Positions 7,093 to 16,123 of a stretch of 42,985 nucleotides of DNA are shown one piece after another; within the stretch, counting starts at the first letter, position 1; each line of letters begins with the position of its first letter. The translations under genes were made by a program, and so were the position numbers. A model generated the notes under the pieces. The model saw only the letters and a program-made list of their open reading frames with translations. It was not told the DNA's origin and ran no database searches. The DNA comes from an uncultured Legionellales bacterium (lineage in GTDB: Bacteria > Pseudomonadota > Gammaproteobacteria > UBA1113): positions 1-42,985 of the forward strand of contig CAZULF010000003.1 of the NCBI GenBank assembly GCA_964621215.1, written 5' to 3'.

Positions 7093-8637
7093 TTACACGC
7101 AAAGATGTTGCGTTCTTTCAGCTAAGATTGATTTCACTTCTTCATCAACCGTATGATGGGTTTTGAAGAATGCCAACCCGCTGTTTTTCACTCGGACACA
7201 TTGAATAAGTCGATTACGATCTTCATGGTTAAATTTATTGTTGGTCAGATTTAATCTTCGCAGACTAGTATTTTTTTCTAAGGCTTGTTCAAAAGCATTT
7301 GCACAGCTGCCATTATCCTCACTACCCAACTGATTTTCAGAAAGGTTTAATTCTTGCAATACGCTATTGTTCATCAATAGCTTTGCGAGAGCGACTCCTC
7401 CTGTCGATCCAATTTTATTGGCATGTAAATCTAGTGATGTTAAAGCGCTATTTGTTTCTAATCCTTTAGCGAGAACCATAGCATGATCATCGTCAATATC
7501 ATTCCAATGTAGCAAGAGTGCTTGTAAAATTTTATTCGTTTCTAGTATTGTGCTAAGTAGCTGTATTTCTGCTATTTGTAACGCGCAGCTACCCAGGTCA
7601 AGCCATGTTAGTTGGGAACCTGCTTGGAGGATATTAACTATCGAAAAATCGTTCAAGCAATCAACTGTTTCTCGATGTCGACCACTAGACCAAAAACTCA
7701 CTGCAAGTGGTTGCTGCCTCTTCGATAGAGCAGTAGCAAGTAACTGCGTATTTTTGGCAGAAAAAATATTATTACCTAGATCTATTGCTTGTAAGCCCTG
7801 ATTATCTAATAAGGCTTGTGCCAAAACTCCCATATCGTTATCGTCTGACGTCATAGCATCTGAAGAAAGATCCTTAAAAAAGTTAGCTCTCAAATCTAAA
7901 AAGTTTAATGTACTATTGGTTAACAAGGATTGCGCCAAACTCCGTACTGCTTCAGAGCTAATTTTATTACCTCCAAAATGCAAAGCTTTTAGTGTTGTGT
8001 TTGTTGCCAGAGCAGCTGCAAGAGGGGTTTTATCTAATGGATAAATGCATGTTATGTTTCGCGGGCGTTCAGGGTCTTGTTGCTCCCATTTATCATCTAT
8101 TCGAAGCGATTCGAGTCGAATACTGTTGTCAGCTAAAGCTGCAGCTAGAACCTTTAGACCCTCATCAGTAAAACGATTGAATTGAAGGCTGAGATGTTTC
8201 AAGCTGTGATTTTGCTTTAACGCCTCGGCTAATGGTAGTAACCCTTCATCACCGAATTCATTATTATTGAGATTAAGGCCTTCCAGAGTTGTGTTCTTAC
8301 TCAATGCACCTGCTAATGCCCTTACGCCCACATTACCAATCTTTTGATAGCTTAGATCAAGAAAATTAATCCAGGTATTATTAGCTAAATGCGGCGCAAG
8401 AGATAGAATAAATTTATCCTCAAAGTAATCTTTAGAATAGATACCTTCTATGGACTTTATTTTTTTTTCGCCAATCATTCTACCTCGTGTATTGCGACCA
8501 GTAAGATTAAGAGGACCTTTCTCTGGATGCGTTTTGTTAGTATTACCAACTAATAATAATATATCAAAAAAACGCTCTGGCGTTTGTTGCGCTGTAGTCA
8601 TTATGTCATAGATATGATTGAGATTTATTTTAGTCAT
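7093..8637 (-). CDS. Leucine-rich repeat protein, ribonuclease-inhibitor (RI/RNI, NLR/RanGAP-like) type
   Basis: At least 11 repeats of 28-29 aa, e.g. NTTLEGLNLNNNEFGDEGLLPLAEALKQ and NSALTSLDLHANKIGSTGGVALAKLLMN. AAGGAG lies 7 nt upstream of the ATG. Confidence 0.85.
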   Translation of the reverse strand: MTKINLNHIYDIMTTAQQTPERFFDILLLVGNTNKTHPEKGPLNLTGRNTRGRMIGEKKIKSIEGIYSKDYFEDKFILSLAPHLANNTWINFLDLSYQKIGNVGVRALAGALSKNTTLEGLNLNNNEFGDEGLLPLAEALKQNHSLKHLSLQFNRFTDEGLKVLAAALADNSIRLESLRIDDKWEQQDPERPRNITCIYPLDKTPLAAALATNTTLKALHFGGNKISSEAVRSLAQSLLTNSTLNFLDLRANFFKDLSSDAMTSDDNDMGVLAQALLDNQGLQAIDLGNNIFSAKNTQLLATALSKRQQPLAVSFWSSGRHRETVDCLNDFSIVNILQAGSQLTWLDLGSCALQIAEIQLLSTILETNKILQALLLHWNDIDDDHAMVLAKGLETNSALTSLDLHANKIGSTGGVALAKLLMNNSVLQELNLSENQLGSEDNGSCANAFEQALEKNTSLRRLNLTNNKFNHEDRNRLIQCVRVKNSGLAFFKTHHTVDEEVKSILAERTQHLCV

Positions 8638-8663
8638 AGTGTTACTCCTTAGTTATTTTGATT

Positions 8664-8854
8664 GGATGCCAGCCTTCGCTCACTAGCGTCCAGGGAAAGT
8701 GTATAAGAGTTGTCATCCCGAGCACAATAACCCTTTTTACAGCAATATTCAAAGAAAAACATTGCTAAGTCATATAATCTTCGTAAGTAGTAGCGAGGGA
8801 TGACACATTTGCAAGCGCTTTCCCCAGATGCGAGTGAGCCTTCGCTGGCATGAC
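8664..8854. repeat. Family C palindromic unit split by a nested insertion
   Basis: ggatgcc-AGCCTTCGCT ... AGCCTTCGCT-ggcatgac reconstitutes the 25-nt family C unit once 8681-8846 is removed. Confidence 0.85.
8681..8836. mobile_element. 156-bp MITE-like element with imperfect terminal inverted repeats and a 10-bp target-site duplication
   Basis: The TIRs are cactagcgtccagggaaagtg (8681-8701) and cgctttccccagatgcgagtg (8816-8836), matching 16/21 in inverted orientation. The flanking direct repeat AGCCTTCGCT lies at 8671-8680 and 8837-8846. An inner inverted repeat is gtcatcccgagc (8712-8723) / gcgagggatgac (8793-8804). No ORF is present. Confidence 0.75.
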
Positions 8855-8864
8855 AACGTAATTT

Positions 8865-9710
8865 TTAAATTTTCACTGCCATGGCTATACAAAGCAAAGT
8901 GATATTGAGAATCGAGAAGCTAAACATTTTGCGAGCCCAGGTACGATCGTTGTCAGTATTTTTTAATCCCAGAACTGCAAGGGTAATCCATATCAGGCCC
9001 AAGATAGAAGCGAGAGTGAAATAGATATAACCCGTGTAACCAAACGCCGTAGGCAGTATGGAAACACCCGCGAACACGATGGTATAAATCAACATACTGA
9101 TTTTCGTGTAACGCATGCCGCGTTTTAGCGGCAAAACTGGGATACCCGCTGCTCGATAATCATTTAATCGATAAATCGCAATGGCATAAAAGTGCGGCAT
9201 TTGCCATAACGCTAAAATAGCGAATAAGATAACAGCGCCCATATCAAATCGATTAGTCACTGCACAATAGCCAACTACCGGTGGTACGGCACCAGAAATA
9301 CTTCCGACAATAGTGCCATATGAGGAATGACGTTTCATACAAAGGCTGTAAATCACCACATAAAAGAAATAACCAATAAAAGCAATAAGAACGGTAAGTG
9401 GATTGGTTTGTTGATACAACAGAGTAAATCCGGCTATGCTGATCACAATAGCGTAGATAATAGCAACTTTACCTGACATCAAACCTTGCACTAGCACACG
9501 ATTTTTGGTGCGCTCCATCAAATGATCAATGTCACGATCAATAAAATTATTGAAGACGCAACCGCCACCAATAATGAGCGACATGCTCACCAAGGTGGTG
9601 AGCAGTAGCCAAAAATTAATGTGGGTTTGAGAACCAAGAAAAAAACCGCCTGACACGGTGACGATGTTACCAAAAATAATACCCGGCTTGGTAACAGAAA
9701 TAAATTTCAC
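8865..9710 (-). CDS. cyoE: Protoheme IX farnesyltransferase (heme O synthase)
   Basis: UbiA-family polytopic protein with N-terminus VTKPGIIFGN and motif NNFIDRDID. It is the last gene of the cyo cluster. Confidence 0.92.
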   Translation of the reverse strand: MKFISVTKPGIIFGNIVTVSGGFFLGSQTHINFWLLLTTLVSMSLIIGGGCVFNNFIDRDIDHLMERTKNRVLVQGLMSGKVAIIYAIVISIAGFTLLYQQTNPLTVLIAFIGYFFYVVIYSLCMKRHSSYGTIVGSISGAVPPVVGYCAVTNRFDMGAVILFAILALWQMPHFYAIAIYRLNDYRAAGIPVLPLKRGMRYTKISMLIYTIVFAGVSILPTAFGYTGYIYFTLASILGLIWITLAVLGLKNTDNDRTWARKMFSFSILNITLLCIAMAVKI

Positions 9711-9721
9711 CTAGTACTCCC

Positions 9722-10063
9722 CTAGTGGCCCATATTGTAATTCAAATTATACATAATCCACAGTGAGCCTACGACTAGAATTAACACAATGACAAGTGTA
9801 AATAGAAACGACATTAAATTCCAACGACCTTTCGGGCTAGCATTTAGTCGCAAGAAGAAAACAACTTGCACATACAATTGCGTCACAGCTAACACGGCTA
9901 AAGCAACAAACAACAATTGTGGTTCCAACAGTTTTTTAGCCACCAATACAAAAGGAATGATGGTTAAAATCACTGACAATGAGAAACCAATGAGATAGGC
10001 TTTTAAGGTTTTATGACCTGTGCCGTATTCTGTGTCTGATGTTATATTTTGGGGTGTCGACAT
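9722..10063 (-). CDS. cyoD: Cytochrome o ubiquinol oxidase subunit IV
   Basis: Small 3-TM protein after cyoC. Start chosen at the ATG (10061-10063) one nt after the cyoC TAA; the longer ORF-track start at 10102 overlaps cyoC. Confidence 0.85.
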   Translation of the reverse strand: MSTPQNITSDTEYGTGHKTLKAYLIGFSLSVILTIIPFVLVAKKLLEPQLLFVALAVLAVTQLYVQVVFFLRLNASPKGRWNLMSFLFTLVIVLILVVGSLWIMYNLNYNMGH

Positions 10064-10064
10064 G

Positions 10065-10667
10065 TTATATAGCTCCCATGAGATAAACCACTGTGAATAC
10101 AAATATCCAAACGATATCCAAGAAATTCCAGAATAAACCTAAGTAGGTTAATCGTCTTCTGGTAGCTGGTGTAATTTTAAAACGCATCATTTGGAATATC
10201 ATCACTAAAATCCACAATAAGCCCATCGACACGTGGAATCCGTGTGTGCCCACCAAGGTGAAAAAGGCTGACATCGCCCCACTGCTTTGCCAACTATGAC
10301 CTTCATGCGCTAAGTTGATAAATTCACTCACTTCCATAAAGACGAAACCAGCACCCAGGATAAAGGTTGTGATTAACCAGAAAATCACTTTTTTGTGGCA
10401 ACCTTTGTAAAAGCTCAATACAGAAAAACCAAACGCCAAGTTACTGAACAACAGAAACATGGTTTCACCAAACACATAAGGTAAACTCACTAACTCACTT
10501 AAGTGTGGTCCACCAAAGGTATTTTTATGCAAAACCGCGTATGCTGCAAATAAAGTGGCAAACAATACGCAGTCAGTCATGATGTATAACCAAAAACCAA
10601 ATACGTCAGTCGCATCTGCATTGTGATGGTTATGTTCGTCGTGATGTTCTAAAACGTCTGTATTCAT
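10065..10667 (-). CDS. cyoC: Cytochrome o ubiquinol oxidase subunit III
   Basis: 200-aa, 5-TM heme-copper oxidase subunit III-like protein, positioned between cyoB and cyoD. Confidence 0.92.
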   Translation of the reverse strand: MNTDVLEHHDEHNHHNADATDVFGFWLYIMTDCVLFATLFAAYAVLHKNTFGGPHLSELVSLPYVFGETMFLLFSNLAFGFSVLSFYKGCHKKVIFWLITTFILGAGFVFMEVSEFINLAHEGHSWQSSGAMSAFFTLVGTHGFHVSMGLLWILVMIFQMMRFKITPATRRRLTYLGLFWNFLDIVWIFVFTVVYLMGAI

Positions 10668-10706
10668 TCATGATCTCCTAAAATTGGATCTTCTGCTTCA
10701 CTTCCT

Positions 10707-10735
10707 GGATCCCGCGGACAAGCCGCGGGACGACG
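10707..10735. repeat. Palindromic element family B, half unit (hairpin cccgcgg-acaag-ccgcggg)
   Basis: ggatcccgcggacaagccgcgggacgacg lies in the 92-bp cyoB-cyoC spacer. Related copies lie at 20927-20955, 24956-25032 and 33519-33596. Confidence 0.88.
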
Positions 10736-10759
10736 AGAATAGTGAAAAAGGGCAAATAA

Positions 10760-12748
10760 CTATAATCCCCTGCTTTCGGTTTCTATTTTTTCCACTTCGG
10801 CCGCTGGCACGTAATATTCAGTATCTTGATCGAATGCACGTGCAATCACGGTGACAATAATACCGATAAAGCTCGCTACAGATAGCCACACTATATCCCA
10901 CGTCATCGCAAAACAAAATGCAGCCCCAAACATGGCTATGACAAATCCCGTGGCCGTATTTCGCGGCATGTGGATGTCACTATAACGTGGCTTTGCTTCT
11001 GGAGTTGTGCTATTTGCACGTTTTTGCTTGGTTTCCCAGTAAGGATCTCGACCATGCACTTCAGGGATAATGGCGAAATTATAAAATGGTGCTGGAGAAG
11101 GGATAGACCATTCCAATGTTCTACCATTCCATGGATCACCCGTCTTATCTTTGTATTGCGCACGATTTTTAATACTCATGATAAGTTGCGTAATTTGGAA
11201 TAATACACCGATGAAAATGATGCCTGCCCCTATTGCTGCAACCACTAAATAAGGTTGCCAGCCGGTTTCAGCGGGATAGTGACTAATCCGTCGAGTCATT
11301 CCCATCAATCCCAAAACATATAATGGTGAGAAAGCAACAATAAAGCCAACAATCCAATACCAAAAAGCAAACTTACCTAATGTTTCATTTAACTTAAAGC
11401 CAAATATTTTGGGGAACCAATAAATAAATCCAGCTAAATAGCCAAATACTACACCACCAATAATCACATTATGGAAGTGTGCTACTAAAAATTCACTATT
11501 ATGTAATTGGAAATCGGCAGCGGGTACTGACATTAAAACACCCGTCATACCACCAATCACAAATGTAAGCAAAAAGCCTATGGTCCAAATCATTGGCGTA
11601 GAATAGGTAATGCGTCCGCCATGCATGGTGAAAAGCCAGTTAAACACTTTCACGCCTGTCGGCACCGCAATAATCATTGTCGCAATACCGAAGAAAGCAT
11701 TCACATTCGGTCCTGCTCCCATAGTAAAGAAATGGTGTAACCAAACGATGAAAGAAAGAAATGTAATACCTATAGTTGCCCACACCATGGTGGCATAACC
11801 AAATAAGGTTTTACGGCTAAACGTAGCCACAATTTCAGAGTAAATCCCGAATGCAGGTAAGACCAGAATATATACTTCTGGATGTCCCCACGCCCAAATC
11901 AGATTCACATACATCATGGCATTGCCACCAAAATCCGCGGTGAAAAAATGCATGTCCATATAACGATCTAACATTAGCATGGCTAATGTTGCCGTTAAAA
12001 TGGGGAACGCCAACATCACCAACACCATGGAGCACAATGCACTCCAGGTGAACAAAGGCATCTTCATCAAACTCATACCAGGGCAACGCATTTTAATAAT
12101 AGTGGCGAAGAAGTTAACTGCTGATAATAAACTACCCACACCTGATATCTGCAACGCCCACAGATAATAATCCATACCCACTGTTGGGCTGTAGGCCTTC
12201 TCAGAGAATGGTGGATAAGCGAGCCAACCAGCACCCGCAAAATCACCCACAAATAAAGAAACCATCACCAAACCAGCGCCTGCCGCGGTCAACCAAAAAC
12301 TCAAGGAGTTAAGATAAGGATAGGCTACGTCGCGTGCACCAATCTGCAGTGGCACGGCTAAATTTAGCAAACCAAACATAAAAGGCATTGCCATAAAGAA
12401 AATCATTATGACGCCATGCGCAGTAAATATTTGGCTGTAATGTTCGGGCGGCAAGTAACCTAATGAATCACCTACAGCCATCGCCTGCTGTAATCGCATC
12501 ATAACTGCATCGGCAAAACCGCGCAGCAACATTACGCCCGCCAGAATAATATACATAACGCCGATTTTTTTGTGATCGACCGTAGTAATCCATTCCGTCC
12601 ATAAATAAGTCCATTTTTTAAAGTAAAAAATTGAACCCACCACAATAGCAGCTAATATTGCTGTAAAAGCAAAAGCACCCATAATAATCGGATTATCATA
12701 AGGAATAGCTTCTAGCGTTAAATTTCCAAATAGTAATTTTTCAAGCAT
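10760..12748 (-). CDS. cyoB: Cytochrome o ubiquinol oxidase subunit I
   Basis: 662-aa heme-copper oxidase subunit I with WAWGHPEVY and HHFFTMG His-ligand motifs. Confidence 0.97.
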   Translation of the reverse strand: MLEKLLFGNLTLEAIPYDNPIIMGAFAFTAILAAIVVGSIFYFKKWTYLWTEWITTVDHKKIGVMYIILAGVMLLRGFADAVMMRLQQAMAVGDSLGYLPPEHYSQIFTAHGVIMIFFMAMPFMFGLLNLAVPLQIGARDVAYPYLNSLSFWLTAAGAGLVMVSLFVGDFAGAGWLAYPPFSEKAYSPTVGMDYYLWALQISGVGSLLSAVNFFATIIKMRCPGMSLMKMPLFTWSALCSMVLVMLAFPILTATLAMLMLDRYMDMHFFTADFGGNAMMYVNLIWAWGHPEVYILVLPAFGIYSEIVATFSRKTLFGYATMVWATIGITFLSFIVWLHHFFTMGAGPNVNAFFGIATMIIAVPTGVKVFNWLFTMHGGRITYSTPMIWTIGFLLTFVIGGMTGVLMSVPAADFQLHNSEFLVAHFHNVIIGGVVFGYLAGFIYWFPKIFGFKLNETLGKFAFWYWIVGFIVAFSPLYVLGLMGMTRRISHYPAETGWQPYLVVAAIGAGIIFIGVLFQITQLIMSIKNRAQYKDKTGDPWNGRTLEWSIPSPAPFYNFAIIPEVHGRDPYWETKQKRANSTTPEAKPRYSDIHMPRNTATGFVIAMFGAAFCFAMTWDIVWLSVASFIGIIVTVIARAFDQDTEYYVPAAEVEKIETESRGL

Positions 12749-12766
12749 GTTAAGTTTCCTTAAATA

Positions 12767-13666
12767 TTATTCGGTCGTGGCAGTAGCCATACTATCGTGT
12801 GAAGATTGCATCGTTCCGTGCATAGGCATCATGTATTTCATGATGATATTGCTAAACAGGTTATCTTCCACTGAAGAGAAATATTCCACTTTATTATTTT
12901 GACTTTTTTGCGCTAATTGGCCATATGTAGCCATATTGAGCGATTGTGATGAAGCCTTAGCCGAAGTAACCCATTGTTGAAACTCTTCTTCTGAACCCGC
13001 TCTGACGATAAAACGCATATCAGTAAATCCATCGCCACTATAATTAGCAGACATCCCCGAATAGTCACCAGCTTCATTAGCCATAATATGCAGCTTAGTT
13101 TGCATACCTGGCATCGCATAAATTTGACCTGCGAGTTGTGGAATTGCGAATGAATTCATGGGCGCATCTGCTGTAATTAAGAAGTTTACTGGGGTATCTA
13201 CAGGCACTTGCATGAAATTTACGCTGGCAATTTGCTGCTCGGGATAAATGAACAGCCATTTCCAATCTAAAGCGACCACCTGTATCGTCACCGCTTTTTT
13301 GTCGGTAACCTCTAATGGTCGATAAGGATCTAATCGATGGGAGCTAATCCAAGTAATGGTCGCCAAAATAACGATAATAATACAGGGGATTGTCCACCAA
13401 ATAATTTCTAACAAGGTGCTATGCGACCACTCTGGCGTATATTTAGCTTGAGTATTAGACGCTCGATATTTTCTCGCTACAATCACCGTCAGAATCATTA
13501 CGGGAATAACAATCAATAGCATTAGCAATACTGCTGCGATTAACAATCGTTTCTCGCGTAACGCGATGATCCCTTTAGGATCCAACAGAGCGGCATCGCA
13601 ACCCGTTAATAACAGCAATATGCTGCCCAAAGCCACAAAGGCGAGAATATGTCGAAGTTTAATCAC
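12767..13666 (-). CDS. cyoA: Cytochrome o ubiquinol oxidase subunit II (lipoprotein)
   Basis: Lipobox LLLTGC, two TM segments, and a cupredoxin-like C-terminal domain. It is the first gene of the cyo cluster. Confidence 0.92.
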   Translation of the reverse strand: MIKLRHILAFVALGSILLLLTGCDAALLDPKGIIALREKRLLIAAVLLMLLIVIPVMILTVIVARKYRASNTQAKYTPEWSHSTLLEIIWWTIPCIIIVILATITWISSHRLDPYRPLEVTDKKAVTIQVVALDWKWLFIYPEQQIASVNFMQVPVDTPVNFLITADAPMNSFAIPQLAGQIYAMPGMQTKLHIMANEAGDYSGMSANYSGDGFTDMRFIVRAGSEEEFQQWVTSAKASSQSLNMATYGQLAQKSQNNKVEYFSSVEDNLFSNIIMKYMMPMHGTMQSSHDSMATATTE

Positions 13667-13764
13667 AGCGCAAGCTTCTCCTCAAATACAAAATAATGTT
13701 CTAGCAAGAAAACACATCGCATGCTACCATATTTCGCGAAAATCGCAAGACTTGGTACGCATTT

Positions 13765-14949
13765 ATGACACGACAAAAATCCTCGCTTCAATGGCGCACA
13801 ACCTTTGCCCTCGCCAGCATTTACGCCTTTCGTATGTTAGGCTTATTCATGATATTGCCGATTTTTAGCTTATATTTGCCTAAGTTAGACTACGCCAATG
13901 CAACCTTAGTTGGCCTCGCTTTAGGTATTTATGGTTTAACCCAAGCCACTCTTCAAATCCCTTTTGCTATGTGTTCGGATCGCATTGGTCGCAAACCCGT
14001 CATCATTTTCGGCTTAATTCTATTTGTGCTTGGCAGCATCATTGCCGCTGTTAGCCACAGCATTTATGGCATTATTATCGGCCGCGCTATTCAGGGTGCA
14101 GGCGCCATTGGCAGCACTCTTATTGCCTTACTGGCTGATACTACTGACGAAAAACATCGTTTAAGAGCCATGACGGTTGTAGGCATGACCATCGGTTTCT
14201 CCTTTATCGTGGCGATGATATTGGGCCCAGTATTCAATAATCTTATCGGATTATCCGGTATTTTTTGGCTAACTGCATTGCTAGCCAGCGCCGGTATCTT
14301 GATTTTGTTGTTTTTAGTGCCCACTCCAGCGACTCATTTACCCCATCCTGAGTGCGAGCCCGTATTGGGTCAATTTAAAAATGTATTAAAACATTCCGAG
14401 CTAGTACGCTTAAACTACGGTATTTTTTCCCTGCATGCGATATTAATGGCGTTATTTGTCGTGCTTCCTATTACCTTAGCAACCAATGCGAATCTACTTC
14501 CCCATGAGCAATGGGAATTTTACTTACCGATTCTATTGCTGGCTGCGGTGGCGATGATGCCTTTTGTGATGATTGCTGAAAAAAAGCAGCTAGTAAAACC
14601 GCTTTTTATTAGTGCTATTATTTTGTTAACCTTAACTCAGCCGCTTTTATGGTTATTTGGTGACAATATTAAAGTGATTGGCCTATTATTATGGCTGTTT
14701 TTTACTGCATTTACCTTTCTGGAAGCCTGTTTGCCCTCCCTCGTTACCAAATTTGCACCCCCTGGCAGTAAAGGAACCGCGGCTGGTATTTACTCCAGTT
14801 CACAGTTTCTCGGCATTTTTATTGGCGGTAGTGTAGGCGGGTTGCTGTACAATCACTTTGGCACGCTGGGTATTTTTCTATTTAGCATGACCCTTGGCGT
14901 GGTCTGGGCGTTGCTGGCCTTTAGCATGAAGCAACCGAATGAAGCCTGA
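13765..14949 (+). CDS. MFS-family transporter
   Basis: 394-aa protein with about 12 TM segments and MFS loop motif SDRIGRKP. Transcribed divergently from cyoA. Confidence 0.82.
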   Translation: MTRQKSSLQWRTTFALASIYAFRMLGLFMILPIFSLYLPKLDYANATLVGLALGIYGLTQATLQIPFAMCSDRIGRKPVIIFGLILFVLGSIIAAVSHSIYGIIIGRAIQGAGAIGSTLIALLADTTDEKHRLRAMTVVGMTIGFSFIVAMILGPVFNNLIGLSGIFWLTALLASAGILILLFLVPTPATHLPHPECEPVLGQFKNVLKHSELVRLNYGIFSLHAILMALFVVLPITLATNANLLPHEQWEFYLPILLLAAVAMMPFVMIAEKKQLVKPLFISAIILLTLTQPLLWLFGDNIKVIGLLLWLFFTAFTFLEACLPSLVTKFAPPGSKGTAAGIYSSSQFLGIFIGGSVGGLLYNHFGTLGIFLFSMTLGVVWALLAFSMKQPNEA

Positions 14950-15018
14950 ATGGAGCGCTAGCGGAATCCGGGGATCTCGAATAGAAAACCCGGATTCCGC
15001 TAGCGCTCCATTCAGGCT
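14943..15018. repeat. Palindromic element family A (perfect 30-bp arms)
   Basis: agcctgaatggagcgctagcggaatccggg / cccggattccgctagcgctccattcaggct. The left arm supplies the last codons and the TGA of the MFS gene. Confidence 0.9.
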
Positions 15019-15064
15019 ACAGGTATACTTTCGCAGTATTTGAAATTCTAAAAACGAGGTAAAA

Positions 15065-16096
15065 ATGGACCGGATAGATGATTTATTTAATTTCGAGCAC
15101 TTAACATCCTACAATGACTTACATTTTAAATATGACCCGATTACAGGAATGAAAGCGATTATCGCTATTCACAGTACCAAGCTCGGCCCGGCTCTCGGAG
15201 GCTGCCGCTTCATCGAATATCCCAATACCAATGCAGCGATCATTGATGCATTACGCCTAGCTCGCGGCATGAGTTATAAAGCTGCCATCAGCGGTCTCGC
15301 CTTAGGTGGCGGAAAAGCCGTTATTATCAAACCCAAAGGTGTATTTCATCGCACAGCACTGTTCGAAGCCTTCGGTCGTTTTGTGGCTGAATTGGGTGGT
15401 CGCTATATTACCGCCAAAGACAGTGGTACAACGTTAGAAGATATGGATACCATCGCTACCGTCACACCTTACGTTTCTTCTACCTCAGAAATGGTCGATC
15501 CCTCTCCTTTCACCGCCCATGGCGTACGTCGAGGCATCGAAGCCGCAGTAAAATTCCGACTGGGCAAAAATAGCTTGGACGGTATTCGTGTCGCGATTCA
15601 AGGTGTAGGTTATGTTGGACACTATCTTGCGAAGGAACTGCACGGGCTGGGCGCAAAATTAATTGTCACTGACATTGATGCTGATGCTGTAGCTCGTTGT
15701 GTGAAAGAGTTTGGTGCTACAGCAGTTTCCTCTGATGAAATTTATAGAGTTGAATGTGATGTATTCGCACCCTGTGCTTTAGGAGCCATTATTAACGATA
15801 TCACCATTCCACAAATAAAAGCCCCCATTATCGCTGGTGCTGCCAATAATCAATTAGATGAACCACGACATGGTAAGATTCTGAAACAAAATAATATTTT
15901 ATTTGCACCTGATTTTGTGATCAATTCAGGCGGCCTAATTCATGCTGCTACCAAATATTTACATGGCTCTGATGAATTAGCCAATAAAAAAATTCAGGAT
16001 CTGTATGAAGCGTTGATGACTATTTTTGAACGCGCAGCGAATGTGAATCTGCCTACTAATCTAGTCGCTGATCACATTGCTGAAGAACGTTTATAA
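15065..16096 (+). CDS. ldh: Leucine dehydrogenase (Glu/Leu/Phe/Val dehydrogenase family)
   Basis: Motifs LGPALGGCR, GLALGGGKAVI and the Rossmann segment IQGVGYVGHYLA. It lies upstream of the bkd genes. Confidence 0.82.
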   Translation: MDRIDDLFNFEHLTSYNDLHFKYDPITGMKAIIAIHSTKLGPALGGCRFIEYPNTNAAIIDALRLARGMSYKAAISGLALGGGKAVIIKPKGVFHRTALFEAFGRFVAELGGRYITAKDSGTTLEDMDTIATVTPYVSSTSEMVDPSPFTAHGVRRGIEAAVKFRLGKNSLDGIRVAIQGVGYVGHYLAKELHGLGAKLIVTDIDADAVARCVKEFGATAVSSDEIYRVECDVFAPCALGAIINDITIPQIKAPIIAGAANNQLDEPRHGKILKQNNILFAPDFVINSGGLIHAATKYLHGSDELANKKIQDLYEALMTIFERAANVNLPTNLVADHIAEERL

Positions 16097-16123
16097 TTTC
16101 TATTTGTATTAAGGAGACACTGC

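Noticed and set aside
9722-10102. Longer ORF-track starts for cyoD (10102), bkdA2 (17190), purB (19487), grxD (33958) and rsmI (40719)
   Set aside because: Internal starts give N-termini matching the known families, have better Shine-Dalgarno spacing, and remove overlaps with upstream genes.
10936-12167. Short ORFs inside or antisense to cyoB, and similar ones within the MFS, bkd, purB, kinase, LRR, ankyrin and HEAT genes
   Set aside because: They are embedded in long, well-supported CDSs with clear family motifs, and none has its own RBS or recognisable motif. They are treated as frame noise.
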